DNA of 64,000 nt from Octopus bimaculoides (lineage: Eukaryota). The notes below the pieces were generated by a model. The model did no database searches, had not been told where the DNA came from, and saw nothing but the letters and a program-made list of their open reading frames with translations. Made by a program: the position numbers and the translations under genes. Positions 53,906-64,000 of the stretch are shown piece after piece (position 1 is the first letter of the stretch; the number at the start of each line of letters is the position of its first letter). The stretch spans positions 100,805,864-100,869,863 of the forward strand of contig NC_068983.1 in assembly GCF_001194135.2 (NCBI RefSeq), written 5' to 3'.

Positions 53906-54699
53906 TTAGGACCAAAATCCTTATATTTACTGTATATATATATGTGTGTGTGTGTGTGTGTAAATGGAAGAAAAACACAATAGAGGGCATTAAAACATGT
54001 ATGTTCACTGGGTTTGTAAAAGAGAGCAAAGCTATAGGAAACCAAAAGACAAATGATCACAATAAGCAGTCAGCTACCCTACCCTAGTCGTTGCCATTCC
54101 CCAATGTAGGATTCTTCACCATACAGGTGACATGCACAGCTGTAAGATGCATTATGGATCTAGAGCAATTGGAAGGGCATGACCCAACTCAAATAAACAT
54201 TAACAACTGTGTGATGTGACGTGAGGGCTAAGGGGAAATGAAAGTGCCACCTCTGGAGTTTTCCAATGATCACTATGCCGATAGGTAACTGGACAGTATA
54301 AATTTGCAATCTATAAGTCTCTTTGAATGACCAGGTCACTTATCTGGGAAGGCCTTAAAAATCAATGTTACCATCTGGGGACTATCTCTGACCCAGTGAT
54401 AATAAAAAAACTCAAAGGAGGTCTGCAACCAAATAACTTTATTCAACACTTTGCAACTGAATCAGTGGAGGCAAAGATGCCTCTCTTTTACTTGACAATT
54501 TATGCACCACATTGCAGAAATCACAATCTAAGTATATCTCAAAGCAAAGTCTTACACTGTTGTACCATTGAATTACAAATAACACTCATCTTGTATGCTC
54601 GGGTGACCCTACAATTTCCAAGAGTACAACTGTATTCGTCTTGGCTTAGGAAAAATGACTAACTTGTGGGGATTAAGGGGTCTTACTAACTTCTAAGAA

Positions 54700-55308
54700 G
54701 TTGAAATTTTAGAAATATTACTTCATTTGTGTCTAATATCTATGGTTAAAATTTCATCAACAACAAAAATATATGCCCCATCACTTTCAAAGATATACTG
54801 CATTACATCTCTCCTTATGCACAGAATATAAATTTTCCAAATTTCATAAAGATCCATTCACTACTTTTGACCTAGTTTTGGATAACAAAAAATAACTAAA
54901 ATTTGGGAGTTAAGCCCCCCCCCCCCATTAGGGGGTCTTAGAATCTTCATGAGAAGCGGAAACTTTGGGAATACTTTTTGATTTGTGTCAATTACCTATG
55001 GTTGTAATTTCATCAACATTGGAAATTTATGAATTTTCATGGGGGGAGTTCTGTCCCCTGTAAGCCACCTCAAATTCAAACCAAACATACTGCATTATAC
55101 TCACCTTTATGCATTGAACCTAAGTTCCAAATGTCATAAGGATCCATTCAGTAATTTTGGTCCATGAAATTGTATGAAATATGCAGCATTTCCCTTCTCC
55201 CTAGGCATGGATTTTGTGTTCCAAATTTCATTAGGATCAGTGCAGTAATTTTCAAATCTATAAGTAACACATGAACACACATAAAGACATTGACTTTTAT
55301 ATAATAGA
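54700..55308 (-). mobile_element. Non-autonomous Helitron/Helentron-like element (5' end at 55308)
   Basis: Minus strand A|TCTATTATATAAAAGTCAATGTC...ACTGATCCTAATGAAATTTGG; 3' boundary not resolved. Confidence 0.45.
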
Positions 55309-55435
55309 TATAAATATGCACATATAATACATGTATATGTGTATGTGTATATNNNNNNNNNNACCCCAGTGCTTTTATTTAAATAATTATTGGTATTTTT
55401 ATATATGTAAAGCATAATGTTATACATGCATGTAT

Positions 55436-55830
55436 AGGCGTAGGAGTGGCTGTGTGGTAAGTAGCTTGTTTACCAACCAAATGGTTCCGGGTTCAGTCCC
55501 ACTGCGTGGCACCTTTGGCAAGTATCTTCTACTATAGCCTTGGGCCGACCAAAGCTTTGTGAGTGGATTTGGTAGAGGGAAACTGAAAGAAGCCCATCGT
55601 ATATATGTTTATATATATATATGTGTGTGTGTCTATGCTTGTTCCCCCAACATTGCTTGACAACCGATGCTGGTGTGTTTACGTCCCTGTAACTTAGCGG
55701 TTCAGCAAAAGTGACCGATAGAATAAGTACTAGGCTTACAAAGAATAAGTCCTGGGGTCGATTTGCTCGACTAAAGGCAGTGCTTCAGCATGACCACAGT
55801 CAAATGACTGAAATACGTATAAGAGTAAAG
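55436..55830 (+). mobile_element. tRNA-derived SINE (family A), full length
   Basis: Head GGAGTGGCTGTGTGG (A-box-like) and GGGTTCAGTCCC (B-box-like); matches the copy at 4815-5220. Confidence 0.8.
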
Positions 55831-56745
55831 AGCAAAAGAATATTGTTATAATTGTTTGTGTTTTTTTAATAAATAAATAGACATAATGTAATGTCTAAAA
55901 GTTGATGAATACCACCTCTTGATCCCTTCCATTTTCTTATTGCTGTATAAATTAAGGGTAAAACAACTTTTCACCCTCACCCATTTATTACATTCAGTAG
56001 TGTAATCGCCACGCAATAAAAAACATTTGTGTATTAATAATTGGGTATTCTACCAGCAGTATATTGGATAGATATTATCCCTTAGTTGGTTGGATTCACA
56101 ACCTCTAACTCTCTTGGAATTATATATATGTATATATATATACATAGTTCCACTGAGATGAGGTGGGGTCAGTCAGGGCAGCGGTCCAAGGCCTATGAGT
56201 TTAAGCGGCCCACAAGCCAGATGAGGTAAAAATAAATTTAAAAGAAACGAAGAAAGTAAATGAAAGAATCTTGTCAACGAATTCCCTAGGGAGATAAGAG
56301 AAAAACAAAAGAAATCAAAGAAAATGAAAATAAGAACGTGAACTATGATAACAGTTACAAGAACAGCTTCAACAGAAACAAGAAAAGAAGCAATGGTGTG
56401 GGTGTATACTTATACATATATACATACAAGCATACACACATGCATATTTACATACATACACATATTTACACACAGGCTGGCGTTTATGATTGACGAGGTT
56501 GAAAAGCTGGACTGTATTTTTATATATATATATGTGTGTGTGTGAGTGTGAATGTGTGTTTGCGAAAGGATTCTTCCCGACTGAACTATCTTCGAAAAAG
56601 CTTTCTCAAAAAGAGAATATTAATTAAGATTTAACTCTACAACAAATCTTAAAAATTGCGATGTTTGTTTTATATCATGAAGATAATATTTATATTACTT
56701 CTTAAAATGTCTTAAATGTAAATTAATCTCAAGAANNNNNNNNNN

Positions 56746-56776
<31 letters not shown>

Positions 56777-57059
56777 AGTGTGAATGTGTGTTTGCGAAAG
56801 GATTCTTCCCGACTGAACTATCTTCGAAAAAGCTTTCTCAAAAAGAGAATATTAATTAAGATTTAACTCTACAACAAATCTTAAAAATTGCGATGTTTGT
56901 TTTATATCATGAAGATAATATTTATATTACTTCTTAAAATGTCTTAAATGTAAATTAATCTCAAGAAAAATTAATAAGACATATATAAAGCTCACTGGTT
57001 TGTATATATGGGAGACAACCCCATTTTTAAATGTTTTAACGGGGTGGGGAGATAACCAA

Positions 57060-57363
57060 AAAGTACTTTATTTCTTTTCATTTGTCTAGCTCGTAAGCAT
57101 CCAGCGTCTTACTGAGATTTAGTGGTAAGACGGTTTGACGTCTATTTTTAGCATACAAGGGATCCACGTAGTGATCTCTCATATTGTTTATATTTAAATA
57201 GAATTCACGGTCCTTGGACATCTTTAATTATGCTGACCACTAGTTGAAATTAATATTATTTAATAATAATTTCTATTCTTAGTATCTTAGACGTGTAATC
57301 ATCAAATAAAGAGAAGTAACTCTCAGTGGCTTTATTAGCAGGGGAGCCTATTTCAAATAAAAG
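57060..57363 (+). promoter_or_regulatory. Putative promoter/5' region of the FG-GAP gene
   Basis: Local cluster of CpG-containing words (TGACGTC near 57136, CACGTA, GACGTG, CACGG) in an otherwise CpG-poor window, directly upstream of the ATG. Confidence 0.35.
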
Positions 57364-59385
57364 ATGGCGGTGGCCATTTCACGTTCGTTTATTTACGTAT
57401 GGTTATCAGCTATTATTTTCGTGTTGGATCGAGTACTTCTTGCTGTTTCTTATGATTCCGTCAACTCAATGAAGCCAGACTGTGGATATGATATTCAGAA
57501 AATATGGATGCGTGAAGTTGCAAATACTCCTTTTGCTGCGCCTCCTCTAATAGCTGATGTAAATGGCGACGGCAAATTAAATATAGTGGCAGCACCATTC
57601 TCAGAAAGTATTACTGTTTTAGACGCTCAGACTGGGCAACATATGCCAGATTCTCTTTGGCCAGTTCAGAATCTTCACAGCTCAATTTATGCTAGTCCTT
57701 TACAATACGATGCCGATGGCGATGGTATGTTAGATTTGTTATTCTGTACAAGTTCAGGAGAGTTATTTTTCTACACGTCCAATGGCACGCGAATGAAAAA
57801 GCACCACCAACTTCCATCCTCGTACGTTCTAAAGACCTGGTATCAAAAAGTAATTATTGCTTCAACCGATAACATTGCTAATTATGTGAAAGCCGAAGTG
57901 TCATCAGGAGCTAAATCTACTTATGTCCCTGTATCGCCACACATCCTAGCGACACCAATTATAGCTGATCTAAACAGGGACGGTCGAAGAGAAGAAATTA
58001 TAATACCTGTAAGTTATTTCTATGATGAAGATGAATATAGAGCATCCGAGCATTTCAACATCGAAAAGAAAAATATTTCCCTCACAGAGCTGGAAAAATA
58101 TCTTGTTGGTGGTATTGTTTATCTCAATCTAACTAGTATGCAAATTATGAATACAATATTCCTTGAGTTGTCACAGTTGACAGCTAATTTCCCAGCCTAC
58201 ATTCTCTTTTCTCCTACTGTGATTGATTTAGATAGTAATGACAGTCATTTGGAGACTATTACTGGCACATCGTCTGGAAAACTTTATGTAATTGAAGCCA
58301 ATGGTATAATTAGAACCGGTTTCCCTATACCATTTGATACCCTTCATGGACAGTTAACAATTGGAGATGTTAATAGTGATGGTATGCTGGAAATTATTGC
58401 TATCGACACTGGAGGTAACATTGCTTGTTTGGATAGATTGGGTAAAACATTATGGGAATCTGAGATTTCAGGAAATTCTTCTCCAGGAACTCGTCTTGCA
58501 GATATCAATGGTGATGATCATGTGGAAATCTTGGTAACAACTGATGTCGGTGATATTTATGTGTTACACGGCAATAATGGTAGTGTTTTTAGTGGGTACC
58601 CTTTGCATCTGAACAGCCCAATTCATGCCAATATCCTTCTCAGTCTAATTCATGATGATACAAAAGCCTTGTTTTTTACACTCACCGAAGATGGAAATAT
58701 GTACATTTTAGGCCCAGATACAGAATGTAGTTCACATTTCAATATTGGAGAAACATCCCTTGTTCAAACGTTATCACACGATCTTGTTCCTCAGACAAAC
58801 AATATGGAACTGTTAGCTGCCACCAGAGATGGTACTCTTATATGTTTAAGTCTTTCTCAAAACTTTATGGATGATAATGAAGATTATGCAATGGATATTG
58901 CTAAACTGACTGTTCTACCCTCAGAAACTAAAACTCCAAATGATTTCACATACCTTTTGCACAAACCTTCAATTGAAGTTAATAGTCATACCAAGGAAAT
59001 GAAAGATGTTATGGGTAGTTCTTTTAATTTAGAATTCCAGATTGTTGATCCAATAATTTATGACAAAACTAAGAAGTACACAGTTCATGTTTACTATGGC
59101 AATAACTTGTTAGCTACATCAGTATATAACAAAACTGGTTATCATTCCTTGACTGTGCCCGTTTGGCTAGAGCCAAGTCAAGGGCACATAGTTGTATCAA
59201 TGACTAATCATCATGGACAGATATTTGAAGATTGTTTCCCAGTCAGATTTAATAAACTTATCTTACATGATCTTCAATGGCTCCTCATAAGCCCTTTTGT
59301 TGCCATGGCAACAGTATTGTTGGTTATTCATGGTTTCCCTGTTAAAGACCTTCTGCCCTTGACAAACAAAGACAAAAATCGCTGA
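57364..59385 (+). CDS. Single-exon FG-GAP repeat (integrin-alpha-type beta-propeller) type I membrane protein, DEX1 (defective in exine formation 1)-like, 673 aa
   Basis: 2022-nt uninterrupted ORF with aagATGG start; N-terminal hydrophobic signal segment; six DxNxDG-type Ca-binding loops (ADVNGDGKLNI, DADGDGMLDL, ADLNRDGRREEI, IDLDSND, GDVNSDGMLEI, ADINGDDHVEI); C-terminal TM (WLLISPFVAMATVLLVIHGF) and short tail. The DEX1 resemblance is recalled from domain architecture, not from a search. Confidence 0.85.
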   Translation: MAVAISRSFIYVWLSAIIFVLDRVLLAVSYDSVNSMKPDCGYDIQKIWMREVANTPFAAPPLIADVNGDGKLNIVAAPFSESITVLDAQTGQHMPDSLWPVQNLHSSIYASPLQYDADGDGMLDLLFCTSSGELFFYTSNGTRMKKHHQLPSSYVLKTWYQKVIIASTDNIANYVKAEVSSGAKSTYVPVSPHILATPIIADLNRDGRREEIIIPVSYFYDEDEYRASEHFNIEKKNISLTELEKYLVGGIVYLNLTSMQIMNTIFLELSQLTANFPAYILFSPTVIDLDSNDSHLETITGTSSGKLYVIEANGIIRTGFPIPFDTLHGQLTIGDVNSDGMLEIIAIDTGGNIACLDRLGKTLWESEISGNSSPGTRLADINGDDHVEILVTTDVGDIYVLHGNNGSVFSGYPLHLNSPIHANILLSLIHDDTKALFFTLTEDGNMYILGPDTECSSHFNIGETSLVQTLSHDLVPQTNNMELLAATRDGTLICLSLSQNFMDDNEDYAMDIAKLTVLPSETKTPNDFTYLLHKPSIEVNSHTKEMKDVMGSSFNLEFQIVDPIIYDKTKKYTVHVYYGNNLLATSVYNKTGYHSLTVPVWLEPSQGHIVVSMTNHHGQIFEDCFPVRFNKLILHDLQWLLISPFVAMATVLLVIHGFPVKDLLPLTNKDKNR

Positions 59386-62300
59386 TAATGGTGATTACAT
59401 TTTATTCCAAAATTTTTGTTACATTCCTAAAATATTCAAAATTTCTCCAACTTTATTTTGCAAATACCAGACATTAGATTGAAATGTTTTTAAAATTAAT
59501 TTATTGCTAATTTATACTAAATAAGTTTTCGATGATTTATTCTAGAATAATTCATAATGTTTCTCTTTTTTTGTGCTCACTGTAGACTCAAAGATCTGTT
59601 TATTCAGCATTAACATGTAGACATTATTAATTATGAAAAAGTTCATGGTTAAATGACCCACCACTTCTGTCTTCTAAAATATTATTCAGATCCCTATTAC
59701 TATTTGAATGGAAGACTGCACATTTCTTTTTGTATCATACATAAAATAAACAAGATCTTCAGGCAGTTCCTTTCCAAAATTTGTGTCCTGATATTGTTTG
59801 CTCAAAAGCTAATTTAAAATACAATTGAGAATGTTATTCTTATTGTATAAAATTTCATCTTGTCTTTCAAATATTAAAGTGCCATGAGTCAATGTTTGAG
59901 CATCAGCTAATTTATGATACTAGGTTCAGTGCCTTATAATTTTTAATTCAAATCATGGCTTAAGTCATCTTTGTATCTTCTATGACTGTTAGCACAGTTG
60001 CCAATATTAAAATGGAATAAGGAATCAAGATTAGATGTGATTTTGGTCTCTACCTGCAGCTTACTTAAAATGAGTAGGATTTGGACCTGCAAATCACTAC
60101 TTTATGAAAGAAACCACTTTCCATGATTATCAGAGAATTCTTTTAAACCAACTTTTCTGTTCTAATCATTGTTTCTCTTTCTCTAATTCAGTCATGTTAT
60201 CATTCACCAATCACATCATTTTTGTTATTCTTTTAATAAAGGCGTAGTGGTTAAATAGTTTACAGCATTGATCTCATGGCCCAAAGGCTACGATGTTGGT
60301 AAGCAAGGCATGTTCATGTGTTACAACTAACACAAAATAGGTCCAAACATTTTGTGATGAAGAGATTAACTTGCCCTAATAATCATATTATAATATTAGT
60401 TGTGAATTTCAAATTCTGCTGAGGTCGACTTTGCCTTTCATCCTTTCGGGGTCGATAAATTAAGTACCAGTTGTGTACTGGGGTCGATCTAATTGACTGG
60501 CCGCCTCCCTAAAAATTTTGGGCCTTGTGCCTAGAGTAGAAAAGAATATTGGTTGTGAATGTATGAAAGAAGAAAAGGTAGTTAGCATAATGGGAAGAGG
60601 CATCCAGCGCAAGAGAGTGAGTGTAAGTGGCAGCTAACATGCAAGAAAGACAGCTTGAATGAAAAATAGAAAGTAAGGGAGCTAAGCTGCCAGAAAGAGA
60701 TAGCAAAAGATTGCTGTAGTCACCAATTCATACAGGGAAAAGTAAAGCGAAAATTGTTACCAAAACAAAAGATCTAATATTTTCACTTTGGTATGTCATA
60801 TTTTGAGCTGTTATCCATTTAATTAAAACCCCCAACAACAGCAATGGACCAGGTCTCATGATAAATTCTTTTTCGTCATTGTTGTAATTTTGTAAATTTA
60901 TACACTAAAAGGGCCTTTATTTTATCATGACTCTTTAACACTTTATATAAATTTCTTAACTTGCTTACCTTTATCCAAATAAAATTAAAAGGAAAATCTG
61001 TTTTGTTGTGAGTTTCAAAGTTAGAGAGGATTGATATGTGTATGAGGGATAGATTAATTTTTGTTTTAATTAACTCAAAGAGGACTGAAAATTAAAGTAA
61101 TGATTAGCTTCAATATGATGCTGTTATATCCACCTTGAGATTTGCAATCGTATTTTAGATGTAGCTTTCAATATCTTTGTGACTATGTCAATGTCTTATG
61201 TGTTTCTGCTTTTATTTTGTCCTTGAGAGTAATTCAGGATAAAAATAATCTCATGAGCTAAGTACAACACATAATTTCAGTTCCAGCTCAGAGCCATTTT
61301 ATTTCATTTATAGTGCCCTTATAAAAGGCATGACCATCACAACTTATAATTAAGTTTCATGTCCATTTTAAATACTGTTTTAGCAATCTATTTAGGATTG
61401 AAGAGATAGCTAAGGCAAGAGAGAATTAAACTAAAACTTTACTGTCTGATGCTTCATTTTTCTTAAGTTCATATCCTGACAGATTCAGTTTTGTCTCTCA
61501 TTCTACATTCAATAGTATAATCCTTAATGTAATCCTATAGTGAGTTCACTCAACCAAACTCCATCTTTTATAAAAAGGAACATGTGCAACAATCAAAGCA
61601 ATTTATTTCAACAAGTTGTCATTTATGACAAGATTCAAATCTCGGGACAATTGACTCTTTTTTTTTTGTTTCTTTTAAATGAAATCATCATTGTAATTTA
61701 AATATATACATTTGTATGATAAATATTTCTTTCTGTATTTTCTTGTGTTTTTATTTTCTCCTAAGCTGTTCTGTCTAGGACTTAGACATGTTGAGTATAC
61801 CTATAAAATATACTTTTGAAAACACCAAAATCAATGAGGGCCTCTACATGATTACTTGACCTGCTAGACATAGCAGCTGAATTTCCATCAAATCACATGT
61901 TACTAAAAAAAAAAAAGCAAGCAAAGATACATTGGACTAGATTGGATTGGATTTCATCAGAACTAAGTAATAACAACCATTTAACATACTTTTTACTAAC
62001 AATTTCAAAATTAAGCAATTGATCATTACAGCTTTGTTTTTCTCTTGTTTTCAAAGATATGATATTCCATATTTTCCAGTGTACAAGTCAAAATAGCATA
62101 TAATGTATACACGTTGAGTAAACATTCAGTCATCATTACTATCTTTCCAAATCATGTTGCATTTCACATGGAATCTTTTGTCCTCCAAATTTGTCTTGGT
62201 GTATAAGTAAACCTATCTTTTTTTGGCTGTAAATGTTGGTCCAAAACAGTCAACTTTTATGCTGGAAAATACAGTACTTGTCAAAGTTATTATGTTGTTG

Positions 62301-62781
62301 TGTCTTACCATAGTTTATATCTATATTTCACTGTTTCTGATATTTGTGGTTTATTGAAAGTGAAAATTTATTTCTAAAAATGAAGCTGATACTGACATTT
62401 GATATAATATGCCTATCAGACTTACAGGTAAATAATTGACAGTTCATATTTTACAAGTGCTTGGCCATGTTCATTATCAAGACATTTGTGAATGGCTACA
62501 TACATCTAGTAGACACCAGAACTCTGTAAAATTACCAACTGATGAATATTTTGTTAAGTTTCTCAGTTGTCTTCAAAACCAGCTTGAAGGGTGCTACTAG
62601 CAGTTTTACACCACCCTATATACATTTTTCAATAATTTAGATAGTGAGCTGGCAGAATTGTTAGCATGCCAGGCAAAATGCTTTATGGCATTTTGACTGC
62701 CCTTATGTTCTGATGTCAAATTCCACCAAGGTCAACTTTGCCTTTCATCCTTTCAGGATCGATAAAATGAATACCTGTGGA

Positions 62782-63289
62782 GGATCTGTGAAGGTCCCGC
62801 GGGTGGGGTGGGGTCTATATTTTGGAAAACCACCTTTCAATAATCTCCCTTCGTGGCATAATTAATAGTCAAGACTATTTGAGCATTTTATCTGATCAAA
62901 TTCATCTTATGGTTGTGGTACTGTTTCAGGATGATAATGCACCAATTCACACAGCTAAAGTTGTTACTGAATGGTACGAGGAACATTCTAGTGAAGTTGG
63001 ACATCTTATCTAGCCACCACAGTCCCCAAATCTCTATATTATTGAACATTTATGGTGCATCTTAGAAAACAAGTAAGGAGTCGATATCTTCCACCATCAT
63101 CACTACAAGAACTGGAGACTGTTTTAGCTGAAGAATGGACGAAAATTCCTTTGGAAACAATTTAAAGTTTGTATGAGTTCATACCTTGTAGAATTCAAGC
63201 TGTAATTACTGCCAAAGGCGGTCCTACCCCATATTAAAATAAATTTGTTTGAAATTTTAAGGTGTTCCCATTATTTTGTCCAACCCCTG
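62782..63289 (+). mobile_element. Tc1 transposon 3' half (pseudogenised transposase and right TIR)
   Basis: FQDDNAPIHTAKVV.EW, PPQSPNL.IIEHLW, RIQAVITAKGGPTPY; right end GGTGTTCCCATTATTTTGTCCAACCCCTG|TA. Confidence 0.9.
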
Positions 63290-64000
63290 TATATGTGTGT
63301 GCATGTGTGATGGGCTTTTGTCTCCCAGATTCATTGAGCAAGACACTTGCTCAAGGTGCCATGTAGTGGGACTGAATCTGCAACTATGTGGTTGTAAAGC
63401 AAGCTTAACCATAATAAATAAATATAATGAAAATCCATTAAAAAAAATTACTAAGTATAAAGTCTTTTAGAATTATAACAAACAGAATACAGTACAATCA
63501 AGATATATATATATATATATATATATATAAAGAAAAAGAAAACAAAGAAATGAAAAATTAAAGAATTTTTTATTTAAGAATTCAATTTAAAATTGGTATA
63601 AAGAAATAATTCATTAAATTTCATTTACCACTTTCTTTTAGAATTTTAGCTGCATGATAGATTAATGGTAGTACAATAAGTTCAATTTGGTGTCAAGTTG
63701 GGATTTGCATCAGTGGGTATAAAATAAATGTTACACTACCAGAAATTTAAAAAAAAAGCATAACATAATTAATCTTATGCTGTAAGGAAGAGACAGAGGA
63801 AAGCATAATATTTCAATTAATTGTCCCTCAATGAGGAAAACACAGAGAAGAAAGAAGGAAAAAGTTCTGCAGAAATAGTAAAACTGTTACTGCAAGGTCT
63901 TGATGGTGTTGAATAAATAACAAATCTCTATGTTGCCAATCACTGAAACTACACAGCAACAGGCACCACACAAACACCTGCTATTATGTTTCTTCAATAA

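Noticed and set aside
56510-56967. Exact ~220-bp tandem duplication upstream of the FG-GAP gene
   Set aside because: The two identical copies flank a 10-N gap (56736-56745), the typical signature of an unmerged contig overlap rather than a real duplication
57103-57132. 8-bp hairpin CGTCTTAC/GTAAGACG and a possible minus-strand donor implying a divergent gene
   Set aside because: No minus-strand coding exons were found in 42-57 kb and the stem is short enough to be chance
1-64000. CRISPR arrays, rRNA/tRNA genes, prokaryotic operons or horizontally acquired bacterial DNA
   Set aside because: None seen; tRNA-like A/B boxes belong to SINE heads, and the only long ORF sits in host-like AT-rich context

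Overview
AT-rich, repeat-dense animal genomic DNA. The SINE, RTE and microsatellite content resembles Octopus (inference; not checked against a database). Two protein-coding genes are supported. (1) 18 plus-strand exons (536-36009, all GT-AG, frame continuous over 745 codons including the stop) encode the C-terminal ~3/4 of ANKRD27/VARP: VPS9 domain, two HPLCxCxxC zinc fingernails and two ankyrin blocks. Its 5' exons lie upstream of the window and its 3' end is ambiguous. (2) An intact single-exon 673-aa ORF (57364-59385) encodes a type I membrane FG-GAP/beta-propeller protein resembling plant DEX1. The rest is intronic or intergenic and holds RTE and R4/Dong LINE fragments, a decayed Helitron, Tc1/mariner remnants, several MITEs with readable TIRs/TSDs, SINEs, a Penelope-like duplication and four assembly gaps. 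The items most worth follow-up are the intronless DEX1-like gene, the alternative ANKRD27 3' ends (including possible exonisation of a mariner remnant), several long hairpin-forming inverted repeats and a TTAGGG-carrying MITE. I found no convincing new multi-gene system.
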